A stretch of DNA of 64,000 bases from NCBI GenBank assembly GCA_902577125.1, contig CACGXX010000002.1, forward strand, positions 314 through 64,313. Reading direction: 5' to 3'. The stretch comes from an uncultured Pelagibacteraceae bacterium (lineage in GTDB: Bacteria; Pseudomonadota; Alphaproteobacteria; Pelagibacterales; Pelagibacteraceae). The notes under the pieces were generated by a model. That model did not search any database. It saw only the letters and a list, made by a program, of their open reading frames with translations, and was not told the DNA's origin. Positions 20,572 to 31,832 of the stretch are shown here, in pieces. Within the stretch, counting starts at the first letter, position 1, and every line of letters starts with the position of its first letter. The position numbers were made by a program, and so were the translations under genes.

Positions 20572-23500
20572 TTATCGAATAATTGCAGTAATCTCTTTAT
20601 TTCTAATTATATTTAACATTTTTCTATCGACATTTCTCTTATTTTTGAGTGTAAAATCCAATTCACTATTTTGGTCTCGTAATTTGATTTTAACGACTGT
20701 ATTTCCATTGTTAGATATAATTTTTGAGATTTCATTCAATTCCTTTAATGATTTTAATTTAAAAAATACCTCTTCGATTGGTTTATTTATTAACTCTGAA
20801 AGTGAGGCTATTTTCTGAACATTTATTCTCTTAAAACGATTTTCTTCATCCGAAACAGATTTTACCAAAGTCAATATTATTGATGATCCTTCTTTTAAAA
20901 TATCACGATTTTTTTCTAATACCTCAGAAAAAATAAACAATTCAAAAACACTAGTTAGATCAGTCAATTTTAAAACAGCATAGGGATTTCCTTTAGCTGT
21001 TTTTCTTTCTTGTAACTTTAATAAAGTTGCAGCAATATTTGACTTTATAATTTCATTATCATTATTAAAACTAAGGTAATCTTTTATATTATAGTCCTCA
21101 AATATTTCTTTAAATTGATTTAAAGGATGATCAGATACAAAAAAACCAACTGACTCGAATTCCTTGGACAATCTTTCTTCAAACTTCCAATCATCAATCT
21201 TAATGATTACCTCGTCATCTGGTGTATTATTTTCACCAAACAAATCAATTTGATTAGCAGATTTATTTTCATAAATATTTTTTGATTTTGTGATAAATTT
21301 TGGTATTGAATTAAAAAATGATTGTCTATTTGGATTTATATTATCAAAAGCTCCTGCTTTAACTAAACCTTCCAATTGTAACTTGTTTATATCTTTTGGA
21401 TTTACTCTATTTAAAAAATCATTTATTGAGCTAAATTTTCCATTTTTCAATCTTTCTTCAACAATATTTGAAATTGCTTCATATCCTACAGCTTTGACAG
21501 CTCCCAACGCATAAAAGAATTTTTCTCCATCTGTTCTAAAATCCGCATAGCATTCATTAATATCAGGTCTTACTATCTTAACGTTTAATCTTTTTAATTC
21601 CTCATAAAACTCACTTAATTTATTTTGATTAGAAATATCCATTGTCATTGATGCAGCAATGAACTCTTTTGGATAATATGTTTTTAAATAAGCTGTTTGA
21701 TAAGAAATAATTGCATATGCAGCTGCATGACTTTTATTAAAACCATATTCTGCAAAAGGCTCTATTTTCAAAAATATTCCTGCAGCTACATCTTTGCTAA
21801 TTCCATTGTTAACAGCACCAGTAATGAAATTTTGTTTTTGTTTTTCTAATTCTGCCCTTTTCTTTTTACCCATTGCTCTTCTTAGAATGTCTGCTTGACC
21901 AGCAGTAAAACCAGATAATTTTTGTGCAATTTGCATTACTTGTTCTTGATAAATTATTACACCATAGGTAGGCCGTAAAATATCTTCAAGTAAAGGATGT
22001 AAATAATCAGGTGTTTTTTTTCCATGTTTACAATCATTATAGACTGGTATGTTGCTCATTGGACCTGGTCTATAAAGTGCTACCAGTGCAATAATGTCTT
22101 CTATGTGATTTGGTTTCATTTGCATCAATGCTTCACGCATTCCAGCACTTTCAATTTGAAATAAACCAACAGTTTTGCCAGATGACAATAGATCAAAAAC
22201 TTTTTGATCTTCAAAATTTATGTTTTCAATATTAAATTTTTTATCTTTTTTTCTTATTAGTTTTTGAGTATTATTTATAACTGTTAAGGTTTTTAATCCC
22301 AAAAAATCAAACTTGATTAATCCAGCATTTTCAGCTGAGTACATGTCAAATTGTGTTGAGGGTAATAATAAGTCAGATGTTGCGTCCTTATATAATGGTA
22401 CCATCTCAGTCAACTCTTTGTCTGCTATCACTACACCTGCAGCATGGGTTGCAACATTTCTATTTAGCCCTTCTAATTTTAATGAAAGATCTGTAAGTTT
22501 TTTTACTCTACTATCCTCATTTATCAGTTTTTGAAGTCTTGGTTCTCCGGCTATACATTCGGTTAGATTTTGTGGCCTTGATGGATCAAACGGTATCATT
22601 TTTGATATACTGTCAACAAAACCATAAGCCAATCCTAAAACACGTCCAACGTCTCTAATAACCATTCTAGCCTTTAATTTTCCGAATGTGATTATATGAG
22701 CTACACTATTTTCATATTTTTTTGTTAAATATTTAAAAACTAAATCTCTTTTTTCCTCGCAAAAATCTATATCAAAGTCAGGCATTGAAATTCTATCTGG
22801 ATTTAAAAATCTCTCAAAAATTAGGTTAAATTTTATTGGATCAACATCAGTTATTGAAAGACACCAAGCGACCAGAGAACCAGCACCAGATCCTCTACCA
22901 GGTCCAACTGGTATATCATTTTCTTTTGCCCATTTAATATAGTCAGATACAATTAAAAAATAACTTGCATAATTCATTTTAATTATGATTTCTAACTCAT
23001 GATCTAATCTATCTTTATATTTCAAATAATTCTTGTTAGATGCAAAATCTTTATTGTCTAAGTTAAATATCTTTATAAATTTTTCATTAAGGCCATCTAA
23101 TGAGTTTTTCTTTAAAGTTTCGTCTGCGCTAATGCCTTTATCAGAGCTGATATTAGGTAGTATAGGTTTGGATGATAAAGGTCTAAAATTACATCGAAAT
23201 GGAAAGTTATAATTATTTTTTAATGCCTCAGGTATATCAGCAAATAAATCAATCATTTCTGAATTAGTTTTAAGATAATGCTGATTGCTAAATCTAACTC
23301 TGTTTTTTTCGTTTACATAAGTTTTGTTTTTTATACATATCAATGCATCGTGTGCCTCATGCATATCTTTGTCTATATAAAATACTTCATTAGTAGCGAT
23401 TAGAGGAATATCTAATATTTTTGAACTTTTTAAATTAAATTTTTCAAACTCTTTTTCATTTAAATCACCATGACGCTGTATTTCAATATAGAATCTATCA

Positions 23501-23988
23501 CCATAACAATTTTTTAATTTTAAAAAAATTTCTTGAATTTCGGCAAATTTACCTTTGTTAAACAATTGTCCAAAAAAACCATTAACCGTTCCAGAAAATA
23601 TTGCTACTCCTTCATTTTTATTTAGTAGCTCATCAAAATCTAAATGAGGTTCAGAAAGCTCATCATTTTTTAAAAAAGACAATGAAGATAACTTTATTAT
23701 TGTTTTATATCCATCTTCATTTAATGCGAACAAAGGTATAAGACCTGTTGTATCATCTAATTTAAAATTAATTTGAGTTCCAATTATTGGTTGAGATCCA
23801 GATTTAGATAATTTTTCAGCAAACTCTAAGGCGCCACATAGATTGGAGGTATCACACAAACCTATTGCTTTTAGTTTATTATCTTTAGAAATATCTTTTA
23901 AATCATCTAACTTGATAGCTCCTTCACAAATAGAAAATTGAGAATGTATTTTTAGATGATTAAAATTTTCAGAATTAGACTCTTGCAT
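20572..23988 (-). CDS. dnaE: DNA polymerase III alpha subunit
   Basis: GPGRGSGAGS, RISMPDFDIDF, KFDFLGLKTL, YGFNKSHAAAY; no intein. Confidence 0.98.
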   Translation of the reverse strand: MQESNSENFNHLKIHSQFSICEGAIKLDDLKDISKDNKLKAIGLCDTSNLCGALEFAEKLSKSGSQPIIGTQINFKLDDTTGLIPLFALNEDGYKTIIKLSSLSFLKNDELSEPHLDFDELLNKNEGVAIFSGTVNGFFGQLFNKGKFAEIQEIFLKLKNCYGDRFYIEIQRHGDLNEKEFEKFNLKSSKILDIPLIATNEVFYIDKDMHEAHDALICIKNKTYVNEKNRVRFSNQHYLKTNSEMIDLFADIPEALKNNYNFPFRCNFRPLSSKPILPNISSDKGISADETLKKNSLDGLNEKFIKIFNLDNKDFASNKNYLKYKDRLDHELEIIIKMNYASYFLIVSDYIKWAKENDIPVGPGRGSGAGSLVAWCLSITDVDPIKFNLIFERFLNPDRISMPDFDIDFCEEKRDLVFKYLTKKYENSVAHIITFGKLKARMVIRDVGRVLGLAYGFVDSISKMIPFDPSRPQNLTECIAGEPRLQKLINEDSRVKKLTDLSLKLEGLNRNVATHAAGVVIADKELTEMVPLYKDATSDLLLPSTQFDMYSAENAGLIKFDFLGLKTLTVINNTQKLIRKKDKKFNIENINFEDQKVFDLLSSGKTVGLFQIESAGMREALMQMKPNHIEDIIALVALYRPGPMSNIPVYNDCKHGKKTPDYLHPLLEDILRPTYGVIIYQEQVMQIAQKLSGFTAGQADILRRAMGKKKRAELEKQKQNFITGAVNNGISKDVAAGIFLKIEPFAEYGFNKSHAAAYAIISYQTAYLKTYYPKEFIAASMTMDISNQNKLSEFYEELKRLNVKIVRPDINECYADFRTDGEKFFYALGAVKAVGYEAISNIVEERLKNGKFSSINDFLNRVNPKDINKLQLEGLVKAGAFDNINPNRQSFFNSIPKFITKSKNIYENKSANQIDLFGENNTPDDEVIIKIDDWKFEERLSKEFESVGFFVSDHPLNQFKEIFEDYNIKDYLSFNNDNEIIKSNIAATLLKLQERKTAKGNPYAVLKLTDLTSVFELFIFSEVLEKNRDILKEGSSIILTLVKSVSDEENRFKRINVQKIASLSELINKPIEEVFFKLKSLKELNEISKIISNNGNTVVKIKLRDQNSELDFTLKNKRNVDRKMLNIIRNKEITAIIR

Positions 23989-24658
23989 TAATGGTCTTTA
24001 TATTACCATTAACTATTTCCAACATGCAATTAGCCTTTTTAGCAAAAAATCTATTATGAGTTGCAAAGATTATTAGTCGGTTTGCATTAATTTGTTTTTT
24101 TAAAAGATCAAAAACACTTTTTGCAGTTTCTAAATCTAAACTTCCTGTTGGTTCGTCGGCTAAGATAACTTGAGGATCATTAATTAGAGCTCTAGCTATT
24201 GATACTCTTTGTTTTTCACCTCCAGAGAGTTCTGCAGGATAATGGTAAATTCGATTCGATAAACCAACTTTTTTTAATAATTTTTTTGATTTTATTTCTG
24301 AAATTTCTTTATTTTTTTCAATAGCAAGATTAGCCAAATATACATTTTCTAAAGCTGTAAAATCTGGAAGTAAATTATCCTGTTGATATATAATTCCAAT
24401 TTTATTAGCTCTTAAAACGTCATTATAGTTAGAATTTTTATAATCTATTTGTCTATTTCCATATTTCATTATACCACTTGATGGTCTATCAATTAATGAC
24501 AACAAGTTTAGTAATGTTGATTTTCCAGAACCAGAAGGTCCCATTAAAGAGTAAATTTTTCCAAGTTTAAAATTATAAGTTAATTTTTTTAAAACTTTTA
24601 AATTTTTTTGGTGAGTAAAAGACTTGGAAATATTTGAAAGTTTAATAAAATTATTCAT
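23975..24658 (-). CDS. lolD: Lipoprotein-releasing ABC transporter ATPase
   Basis: GPSGSGKS, LSGGEKQR, ADEPTG; follows the lolC/E gene. Confidence 0.9.
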   Translation of the reverse strand: MNNFIKLSNISKSFTHQKNLKVLKKLTYNFKLGKIYSLMGPSGSGKSTLLNLLSLIDRPSSGIMKYGNRQIDYKNSNYNDVLRANKIGIIYQQDNLLPDFTALENVYLANLAIEKNKEISEIKSKKLLKKVGLSNRIYHYPAELSGGEKQRVSIARALINDPQVILADEPTGSLDLETAKSVFDLLKKQINANRLIIFATHNRFFAKKANCMLEIVNGNIKTINARV

Positions 24659-25883
24659 ATTTTAATGCTTTAACAGGATCTAGTTTTGCTGCTTTTAAAG
24701 CAGGGAAAATTGAAACAATAATTGTAATAATTATTGAGCATAGCGAGATTAATAAAATTGATGGCGGGTTAATCTCTGAGGGCATCGTACTTAAAAAATA
24801 TATTTCTTCTGGAAACAAACTGATGTTGAACAAAGTGCTTAAAAATTGTCTTAAATTTTCAACATATATTGAAAAAGTTACACCAAGAATAATTCCAAAA
24901 ATTGTAGCAGATGTTCCTATTATTACTCCAACAAGAAAAAAAATTTTTACAATTGATTTGTTAAGTACACCAATAGATTTTAATATCGCAATATCTTTTG
25001 TTTTGTTTTTTACCAATATTGTTAAACCAGAAATTATGTTAAAAGCGGCTACAATAATAATTAAAGACAATATTATAAACATTACATTTCTCTCAACTTT
25101 AAGAGCTGAAAAAAGAGCACTATTCATATCTGACCAAGAATACACAAATTCATTTTTAAAAATTTTCTGTACTATTTCTTTTTGGTCTTCAATTTTTTGA
25201 GGATTTTTAAGATAAATTTCTAAATTTCTATCATCCTTATTTAGATTAAAGAACTCCTCTAGAGTTGATAAATTTATAAAAGCTATATTGTTGTCGAAAT
25301 CAACAAGTCCACTTTCAAAAATTGATACAACTGTGAAAGTTTTTTGTTTAGGTATATTACCTATTATTGTTTCAATTCCACTTGAGGACATAATTGTAAT
25401 ATCATCCCCTATATCAAGATTGAGAGTAAAACTGAGCTCTTTTCCAATTGAAATAAAATTTTTACTTAAGTTATTTCTGTTACCTAAAAAATTTTTATTC
25501 TTTACTAATTCAAGTTTCGAGAAATCATTATTTTTATAGCCCCGTAATACTATTCCTTTGGAAGTCTCGCTTTTAATCATTATGGCCTCACCTGAATTGC
25601 TTAAAATCAATTCATCAGAAATAAGTTTTAAATTGTTAAGTTTTAACTTTTCAGTTTCGATTACATTTTCATATGGTTTAACAGTTATATGAGCATTAAA
25701 ACCAACTATCTTATTTATTAGTTCTGTCCGGAAACCATTCATGACTGACATAACAATTATTAAAACAGCTACACCAAGACTGATACCTATGAAGGAAAAA
25801 ATTGAAATAACATTTAGAAAGCCATCTTTTTTTCTAGCTTTCAAAAACCTGAAGGTAATTTCTTTTTCTAAAGTAGAAATCAA
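24651..25883 (-). CDS. lolE: Lipoprotein-releasing ABC transporter permease (single LolC/E-type)
   Basis: LGVAVLIIVMSVMNGF, VAAFNI, DIAILKSIG, PALKAAKLDPVKALKYE. Confidence 0.9.
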   Translation of the reverse strand: MISTLEKEITFRFLKARKKDGFLNVISIFSFIGISLGVAVLIIVMSVMNGFRTELINKIVGFNAHITVKPYENVIETEKLKLNNLKLISDELILSNSGEAIMIKSETSKGIVLRGYKNNDFSKLELVKNKNFLGNRNNLSKNFISIGKELSFTLNLDIGDDITIMSSSGIETIIGNIPKQKTFTVVSIFESGLVDFDNNIAFINLSTLEEFFNLNKDDRNLEIYLKNPQKIEDQKEIVQKIFKNEFVYSWSDMNSALFSALKVERNVMFIILSLIIIVAAFNIISGLTILVKNKTKDIAILKSIGVLNKSIVKIFFLVGVIIGTSATIFGIILGVTFSIYVENLRQFLSTLFNISLFPEEIYFLSTMPSEINPPSILLISLCSIIITIIVSIFPALKAAKLDPVKALKYE

Positions 25884-27214
25884 TTTTTTTCTTTTTGTTT
25901 TTTGATTATTTCTATTATTTCAGTTATTTTTAATTTTTTTGTTTCTTTTCCAACTTCTTTAAATTCTATTAAGTCACCCTCAGTTTGTTTACCTATAATT
26001 ATTTGATATGGAGCACCTATTAAATTCATCTTTTTTATTTTTGATGAAAAATTTTCATCAGTATCGTCAATTATTGCGTCAATGTTGTTTTTTTCTAATT
26101 CAGAATTAAACTTATTTGCTTTTTCTAATGCTGAATTGTCATTTTTATTTATCATCGTTATTATTCCAATATCATATGGTGCAACAGATATTGGCCATTT
26201 CATGATTTCATTTTTCTCGTCGTATTTTGCCTCTATTATTGCGCCTACTAACCTTGAAACTCCTATGCCATATGAGCCCATTTTAACAAAATCTTTTTTA
26301 CCACCAGGAAGATCTACTGACGCACCCATTGGTTTTGAATATTTGTCACCAAAATAAAATATATGGCCAACCTCAATACCTTTAGTTTTCAATCGATTAG
26401 TTTCTGAAACTTTTTTTTCAAACTCATTCTTATTAAATTTTTCATCAGTAACTGAGTAAAATTCTTCATATTTTTTTCTCAGGTCTTCTAACGATTTTTT
26501 CTCTAATTTTGTGCCTTCACTTTTCAAATCAAAAATTCTCTTATCCGTATAAATTTTACTTTCACCAGTTTCAGCTAAAATAATAAACTCATGAGAAAGA
26601 TTACCTCCTATAGGTCCAGTATCAGCAGCCATTGGTATGGCAGTAAGATCTAATCTCTTAAAAGTTTTTAAATACGATAAGAAAAATTTATTATAAGAAA
26701 ATAAAGCTTCCTCATCAGAAATATCGAATGAGTAAGCATCTTTCATATAAAACTCTCTGCATCTCATTATTCCAAATCGTGGTCTAATCTCATCTCTAAA
26801 TTTCCATTGAATATGATATAAAAGTTGTGGAAGCGATTTATAAGACTTTACTGAAGCTCTAAATATATCTGTTACAAGTTCTTCATTAGTTGGGCCATAA
26901 AGCATTTCACGATCTTGACGATCTTTTATTCTCAGCATTTCTTCACCATAGTCCTCATATCGTCCACTTTCTTTCCATATCTCACTTGATTGTATTGTTG
27001 GCATTAAAATTTCTTGAGCTCCAATTTTGTTTTGCTCTTCTCTAACAATATCTTCAATTTTTTTCATGACTTTAAAACCTAATGGTAACCAAGAGTAAAT
27101 TCCTGCTGATGATTGTTTAATCATTCCCACACGTAACATTAATTGATGTGATTTTATTTTGGCTTCTGAAGGATTGTTTTTTAAAATTGGAATAAATGAT
27201 TGTGAAATATACAT
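25880..27214 (-). CDS. proS: Proline--tRNA ligase (short form without the insertion editing domain)
   Basis: SHQLMLR, GPTNEE, KFRDEIRPRFG, MKDAYSF, IEVGHIF, MGSYGIGVSR. Confidence 0.97.
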   Translation of the reverse strand: MYISQSFIPILKNNPSEAKIKSHQLMLRVGMIKQSSAGIYSWLPLGFKVMKKIEDIVREEQNKIGAQEILMPTIQSSEIWKESGRYEDYGEEMLRIKDRQDREMLYGPTNEELVTDIFRASVKSYKSLPQLLYHIQWKFRDEIRPRFGIMRCREFYMKDAYSFDISDEEALFSYNKFFLSYLKTFKRLDLTAIPMAADTGPIGGNLSHEFIILAETGESKIYTDKRIFDLKSEGTKLEKKSLEDLRKKYEEFYSVTDEKFNKNEFEKKVSETNRLKTKGIEVGHIFYFGDKYSKPMGASVDLPGGKKDFVKMGSYGIGVSRLVGAIIEAKYDEKNEIMKWPISVAPYDIGIITMINKNDNSALEKANKFNSELEKNNIDAIIDDTDENFSSKIKKMNLIGAPYQIIIGKQTEGDLIEFKEVGKETKKLKITEIIEIIKKQKEKN

Positions 27215-27215
27215 T

Positions 27216-27461
27216 CTAAGTGATTATATTTCTTAAATTTAAATATTCAAATTTCATAAGTAAGTAAATAATTATAAACAAAACTGTTGTAATTCCAGTA
27301 CAATAAACAAATTTCTTTAACATTTTTGGATTTTCTGGGGAGCCTGGATCCTCACCCTCAATTTTGATCACTTTATTTCTCTCTACATCTATTGGTAGAA
27401 TTGCAAAGAAAATTATCCACCAAATGATTATATAGATTATTGCTAATCCTGTAAGGCTCAT
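27216..27461 (-). CDS. DUF1467-family small membrane protein
   Basis: IIWW..FF..LP and G.DPGSP.NP motifs; usual position upstream of proS in Alphaproteobacteria. Confidence 0.8.
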   Translation of the reverse strand: MSLTGLAIIYIIIWWIIFFAILPIDVERNKVIKIEGEDPGSPENPKMLKKFVYCTGITTVLFIIIYLLMKFEYLNLRNIIT

Positions 27462-29119
27462 TAAATTTTCACCAAGTTAATATTAGCAAAAGGTTTTTTT
27501 CCAGTTTTTTCTTTAGTAAATTTACGACAAGCAATTTTTAGCGCATCTATTAAATTGTGCTCTTGCTGTTTATTGCCAAGTTTAAATGTTCTTGTTGTTT
27601 TTTCAATTTCATCTTCTAATCCGTATAAAAACTCCTCTTTCTCATAAACAGGCAGACCTCTGAAAGTTATTATAGGGCTGTTGTGGATATTTCCTTTTGG
27701 AGTAATTAAAATTGTAATTTCCAAATAACCATTACTACTCAGGTTTCTTCTGTCTTTTATAGACTGAGAGTCCTCTTCCACACTAACATTACCATCTAAA
27801 TACAATCTTCCGCTTGGTGCTTTATCATAAACTTCTGGTTTATCACCAGGATATAATTTTACTATATCTCCATTTTCAACTTGAACAGGATGGGGAACCT
27901 GCATTTCTTTTGCAAAATTAATATGTTCTATCATATGTCTGTGTTCTCCATGAACTGGGATAACACATTGTGGTTTTACCCATTGATACATATCTTTAAG
28001 ATCTTCTCGATTTGGATGACCTGATACGTGAATAAACTCAGTCTCTTCAGAGATAACCTCTATACCATCTTTCACTAATTGGTTATGAAGTTTATAAAGT
28101 TTTTTTTCATTTCCAGGAATGATTTTTGATGAAAAAATAACAGCGTCATCTTTCTCAATAAATACATCTGGATGGATATAATTTGCAATTCTCATCATCG
28201 CGCCCATTGGCTCACCTTGACTACCTGTACATAAATAAAGAATTTTTTCTCTGGAAAAATTTTTTGCATCCCTAGGATCAACAGGTTCAATTGTATTTTT
28301 TAAATATCCGCATTGTCTCGCAGCCTTATAAATTCTATGCATCGATCTTCCAACTAAAGATATTTGCCTTCCAGATTTTTCAGCGCAGTAAAAAGCTGTT
28401 TCCATTCTTGCTACATTGGATGCGAAAGAGGTAATGATAATTCTTTTCTTTAATCGATTAACTATGTTCAACAAATTTTTTCTGACATCTAACTCTGATC
28501 CTGATCTTCCAGCACTAAAAACATTTGTCGAGTCACAAATCATAGCTAAAACACCTTCTTCACCTATTTCTTTTAATCTTTTAGAATTAATTTCATCTCC
28601 GATTAGTGGATTTGGATCAACTTTCCAATCTCCAGTATGTAAAATCACGCCTGCTGGAGTTTTAATTCTCAAACCATTTGGTTCTAAAATTGAGTGAGTC
28701 AAAGTAATGTATTCAATATCAAATTTTTCTAATGAAATATTTCCATTTAGTTCAACAATTTGTAGATCTTTAGTAATATCAATATGTTTTTCTTTAAATT
28801 TTTCTTTTATCAAAACAGCTGTAAAAGGTGTTGCGTATATCTTGCATTGAAGTTTTGGCCATAAATGGGCGATTGCTCCAATGTGATCTTCATGGGCATG
28901 GGTAAGAACTATACCTAATAAATTATCTTTCTTTTCAACAATAAATCCTGGATCTGGATAAATTAAATCTATTCCGGGAAGTGTATCATCTGCAAAAGTA
29001 ACCCCTATATCAACCATAATCCATTTATGATCTCCTGGTAAACCATATCCGAACAAATTCATGTTCATCCCAATTTCACCAGATCCACCTAATGGACAAA
29101 ATAATAATTCTTCTTTCAT
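27461..29119 (-). CDS. rnj: Ribonuclease J
   Basis: PLGGSGEIGMN, THAHEDH, HTGDWK, FASN, GSQGEP, HVSGH, PVHGE. Confidence 0.96.
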   Translation of the reverse strand: MKEELLFCPLGGSGEIGMNMNLFGYGLPGDHKWIMVDIGVTFADDTLPGIDLIYPDPGFIVEKKDNLLGIVLTHAHEDHIGAIAHLWPKLQCKIYATPFTAVLIKEKFKEKHIDITKDLQIVELNGNISLEKFDIEYITLTHSILEPNGLRIKTPAGVILHTGDWKVDPNPLIGDEINSKRLKEIGEEGVLAMICDSTNVFSAGRSGSELDVRKNLLNIVNRLKKRIIITSFASNVARMETAFYCAEKSGRQISLVGRSMHRIYKAARQCGYLKNTIEPVDPRDAKNFSREKILYLCTGSQGEPMGAMMRIANYIHPDVFIEKDDAVIFSSKIIPGNEKKLYKLHNQLVKDGIEVISEETEFIHVSGHPNREDLKDMYQWVKPQCVIPVHGEHRHMIEHINFAKEMQVPHPVQVENGDIVKLYPGDKPEVYDKAPSGRLYLDGNVSVEEDSQSIKDRRNLSSNGYLEITILITPKGNIHNSPIITFRGLPVYEKEEFLYGLEDEIEKTTRTFKLGNKQQEHNLIDALKIACRKFTKEKTGKKPFANINLVKI

Positions 29120-29866
29120 TTATTCAACTAATTTAGAAATTTTTATAAGGCCTTTAACAGTGATGTTTTTGTTTTCAATAACTTTTGTTTTTATTGAATT
29201 TTTAAATAAATCAGAAAAGCCACCAGTAATAACAACCTTATAAGACTTTCTAGTTTCTTTCTTAATCAAATTAATAATATTGTCAATTAAACCTGCATAA
29301 CCCCAAAAAAAACCAGATCTCACAGCTGAATTTGTATCAACACCAATTACTTTTTTAATTTTTTTAAGATTTATTTTAGGAATCAAGGAAGCCTTATCAG
29401 TTAAAGTATTTAATGAAATACTTATACCAGGAGCAATAACTCCTCCTCTATAAGAGTTGCTTACTAATACATCAAATGTTGTTGCTGTACCAAAATCTAA
29501 GATAATAAAATTCTTGTTAGGTTTCATAAGACTTATTGCGTTAGCTAGTCTATCAGAACCAACCTGTTTAAAATTTGCTTTTATATTTAGAATAGATTTT
29601 AAATTGAGATCTTTTATTTCATGACATTTAACTTTAGTTTTTTTTGATATAAATTTTTTTATAGAGTTAAAGGTTTTTGGGACAACACTACAAAATAATA
29701 TTTTTTCAATATTATTAAAATCTTTTGTTAAAATTTTAAATTTTTTATTAAGAATTGAGTTCGTTATTAATTTTGAACTTAAACTTATTTTTTTTAAAAT
29801 CTTATCTTTAGAATTTACTAAAAATAATTTAGTTACTGAATTTCCAATATCTCCTAAAATTAGCAT
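29120..29866 (-). CDS. coaX: Type III pantothenate kinase
   Basis: DIGNS, SVVP, GSDR, DFGTATT, TGG. Confidence 0.93.
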   Translation of the reverse strand: MLILGDIGNSVTKLFLVNSKDKILKKISLSSKLITNSILNKKFKILTKDFNNIEKILFCSVVPKTFNSIKKFISKKTKVKCHEIKDLNLKSILNIKANFKQVGSDRLANAISLMKPNKNFIILDFGTATTFDVLVSNSYRGGVIAPGISISLNTLTDKASLIPKINLKKIKKVIGVDTNSAVRSGFFWGYAGLIDNIINLIKKETRKSYKVVITGGFSDLFKNSIKTKVIENKNITVKGLIKISKLVE

Positions 29867-29874
29867 ATTTGTAT

Positions 29875-30414
29875 TTATACTCTTTTTTTAATTAATCTCT
29901 TTAAATTGTTTTCAAAAATCTTTTTTAGCTCTAATTCAAATTTCTTTTTTGAAATATCTTTATTTACTAGCGCCCTTAGATGTGTAGTTGGGTAATTTCT
30001 TAAAAAGGGACTTTTTATTAAATTCACACCAATACCAACAATCAGATAAGTATGATTAAGTTTATTTACTTTTTCTTGCAAAATTCCACATATCTTTTTT
30101 TTTTGAATCAAAAGATCATTAGGTTTTTTAAAATAAATTTTTTTTTTATAATATTGTGAAATACATTTTTTGACCATTAAACAATTAATTTTGGTTAATT
30201 TATTTAAAGATATTTTGAAGTTTTTTAAATTATAAAAAAAACTTACGAATAAATTTCCTTTATAGGAAATCCATTTTTTTCCATATTGTCCTCTACCATT
30301 AATTTGTAAATCAGATAAAATCATGCCAAAATCATAATTATAGTTTTTGATTATTCTTAATGCGGTATTATTAGTACTTTTAACTTTGTTAAATCTAAAT
30401 ATTTTAAACTTCAT
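29875..30414 (-). CDS. birA: Biotin--[acetyl-CoA carboxylase] ligase, catalytic domain only
   Basis: STN, Q..GRGQ.GKKW.S..GNL, KPND, KICGIL, GIGVN. Confidence 0.92.
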   Translation of the reverse strand: MKFKIFRFNKVKSTNNTALRIIKNYNYDFGMILSDLQINGRGQYGKKWISYKGNLFVSFFYNLKNFKISLNKLTKINCLMVKKCISQYYKKKIYFKKPNDLLIQKKKICGILQEKVNKLNHTYLIVGIGVNLIKSPFLRNYPTTHLRALVNKDISKKKFELELKKIFENNLKRLIKKRV

Positions 30415-31832
30415 TAAATTATATTGATCTTTGAAACTGCATCAATCAATTCACTAGGAAAAATAAAGTACATTAAAATTAATATTGTAGAAACTGTTAA
30501 AGATAACTTCAACCAAAGGTTATGATCTTTGTCATAACTATCTTTTTCCTCATCGAAATACATTATCTTAATAATTCGCAAGTAATAAAACGCTGCCACT
30601 ACTGTTGATAATAGTCCAACAATAGCTAAAAAATACATTGACTGTTCAATGACAGATTTAAAAATATAAAATTTTGCAAAAAAACCTGCTAGTGGTGGTA
30701 TTCCGGCTAGAGAAAATAAAATTATCAATAATGAAATTGAAAGCAAGGGATGATTTTTTGATAATCCTGATAAATCATCTATTTGTTCATAATAGATATT
30801 ATTTCTTTTCATCATTAACAAACATGAAAAAAAACCTAGGTTCATGATTATATAAATAGTCATATAAATAACTGAGCTTTGTATCCCGTCATTAGACGCA
30901 GTTGCTAAACCTGCTAGAGCATATCCAATATGACTAATAGAGCTATAAGCTATAAGTCTTTTAAGATTTTTTTGTCCTATTGCTGCTATCGCACCAAAAA
31001 GCATGGATGCGATTGATAAAAAAACTAAAATCATTTGCCACTGATCAATAAGATTTAAAAAAGGAACATATAAAAATCTTATAAACACAGTTAACGCTGC
31101 TATTTTAGGAACCATTGTAAAAAATAATGTTACTGATGTTGGCGACCCTTCATAAACGTCTGGGGCCCACATATGAAAAGGTACAGCAGAAATTTTAAAC
31201 GCTAAACCCACCAAAATAAAAACTATTCCAAAAGTAATAGCATATTCATTTGTATTAAATTGGGTTGAAATAACATTAAAATTTGTTGAACCTGTAAAAC
31301 CATAAATCAAAGAACAACCGTACAATAATAAACCTGAGGATAATGCACTTAAAACAAAATATTTTAATCCTGCTTCAGATGATTTTAATTGATCTCTATT
31401 AAATGTTGCCAAAACATACAAGGCTAATGACTGAAGCTCTAAACCCATATAGAAAACAATTAGATCATTAGAGCTGATCATAATCATCATGCCCAATACA
31501 GAACTTAAAATTAAAATTGGATATTCAATTTTGAAAATTTTAAAGGTTCTTAAATAATTTGATGAAATTAGCAAAACTACAAAAGCAGCCAATAAAGTTA
31601 TAATCTTCATGAATGATGACAAATAATCGATGATAATACTCTCATTAAATAAAGTTGTCGGATTAATACTTAAAGTTTCATTAAATGTAATGACTGCTGT
31701 AATTAATAAAACTAATAATGAAATATTATGAATTATTTTTGAACTATCTTTTTTAAAAACCCCTAAGATAAGTAAAAACATTATTGACAATGAGATAAAA
31801 ATTTCTGGAAATATTAATTCAATATTATTCAT
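30414..31832 (-). CDS. nuoN: NADH-quinone oxidoreductase subunit N
   Basis: EAGLKYF, FKISAVPFHMWAPDVYEG. Confidence 0.97.
   Translation of the reverse strand: MNNIELIFPEIFISLSIMFLLILGVFKKDSSKIIHNISLLVLLITAVITFNETLSINPTTLFNESIIIDYLSSFMKIITLLAAFVVLLISSNYLRTFKIFKIEYPILILSSVLGMMIMISSNDLIVFYMGLELQSLALYVLATFNRDQLKSSEAGLKYFVLSALSSGLLLYGCSLIYGFTGSTNFNVISTQFNTNEYAITFGIVFILVGLAFKISAVPFHMWAPDVYEGSPTSVTLFFTMVPKIAALTVFIRFLYVPFLNLIDQWQMILVFLSIASMLFGAIAAIGQKNLKRLIAYSSISHIGYALAGLATASNDGIQSSVIYMTIYIIMNLGFFSCLLMMKRNNIYYEQIDDLSGLSKNHPLLSISLLIILFSLAGIPPLAGFFAKFYIFKSVIEQSMYFLAIVGLLSTVVAAFYYLRIIKIMYFDEEKDSYDKDHNLWLKLSLTVSTILILMYFIFPSELIDAVSKINII

Noticed and set aside
25880-30414. Short proS (444 aa) and birA (179 aa) as pseudogenes
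   Set aside because: Catalytic motifs are intact; editing-domain-less ProRS and HTH-less BirA are known forms
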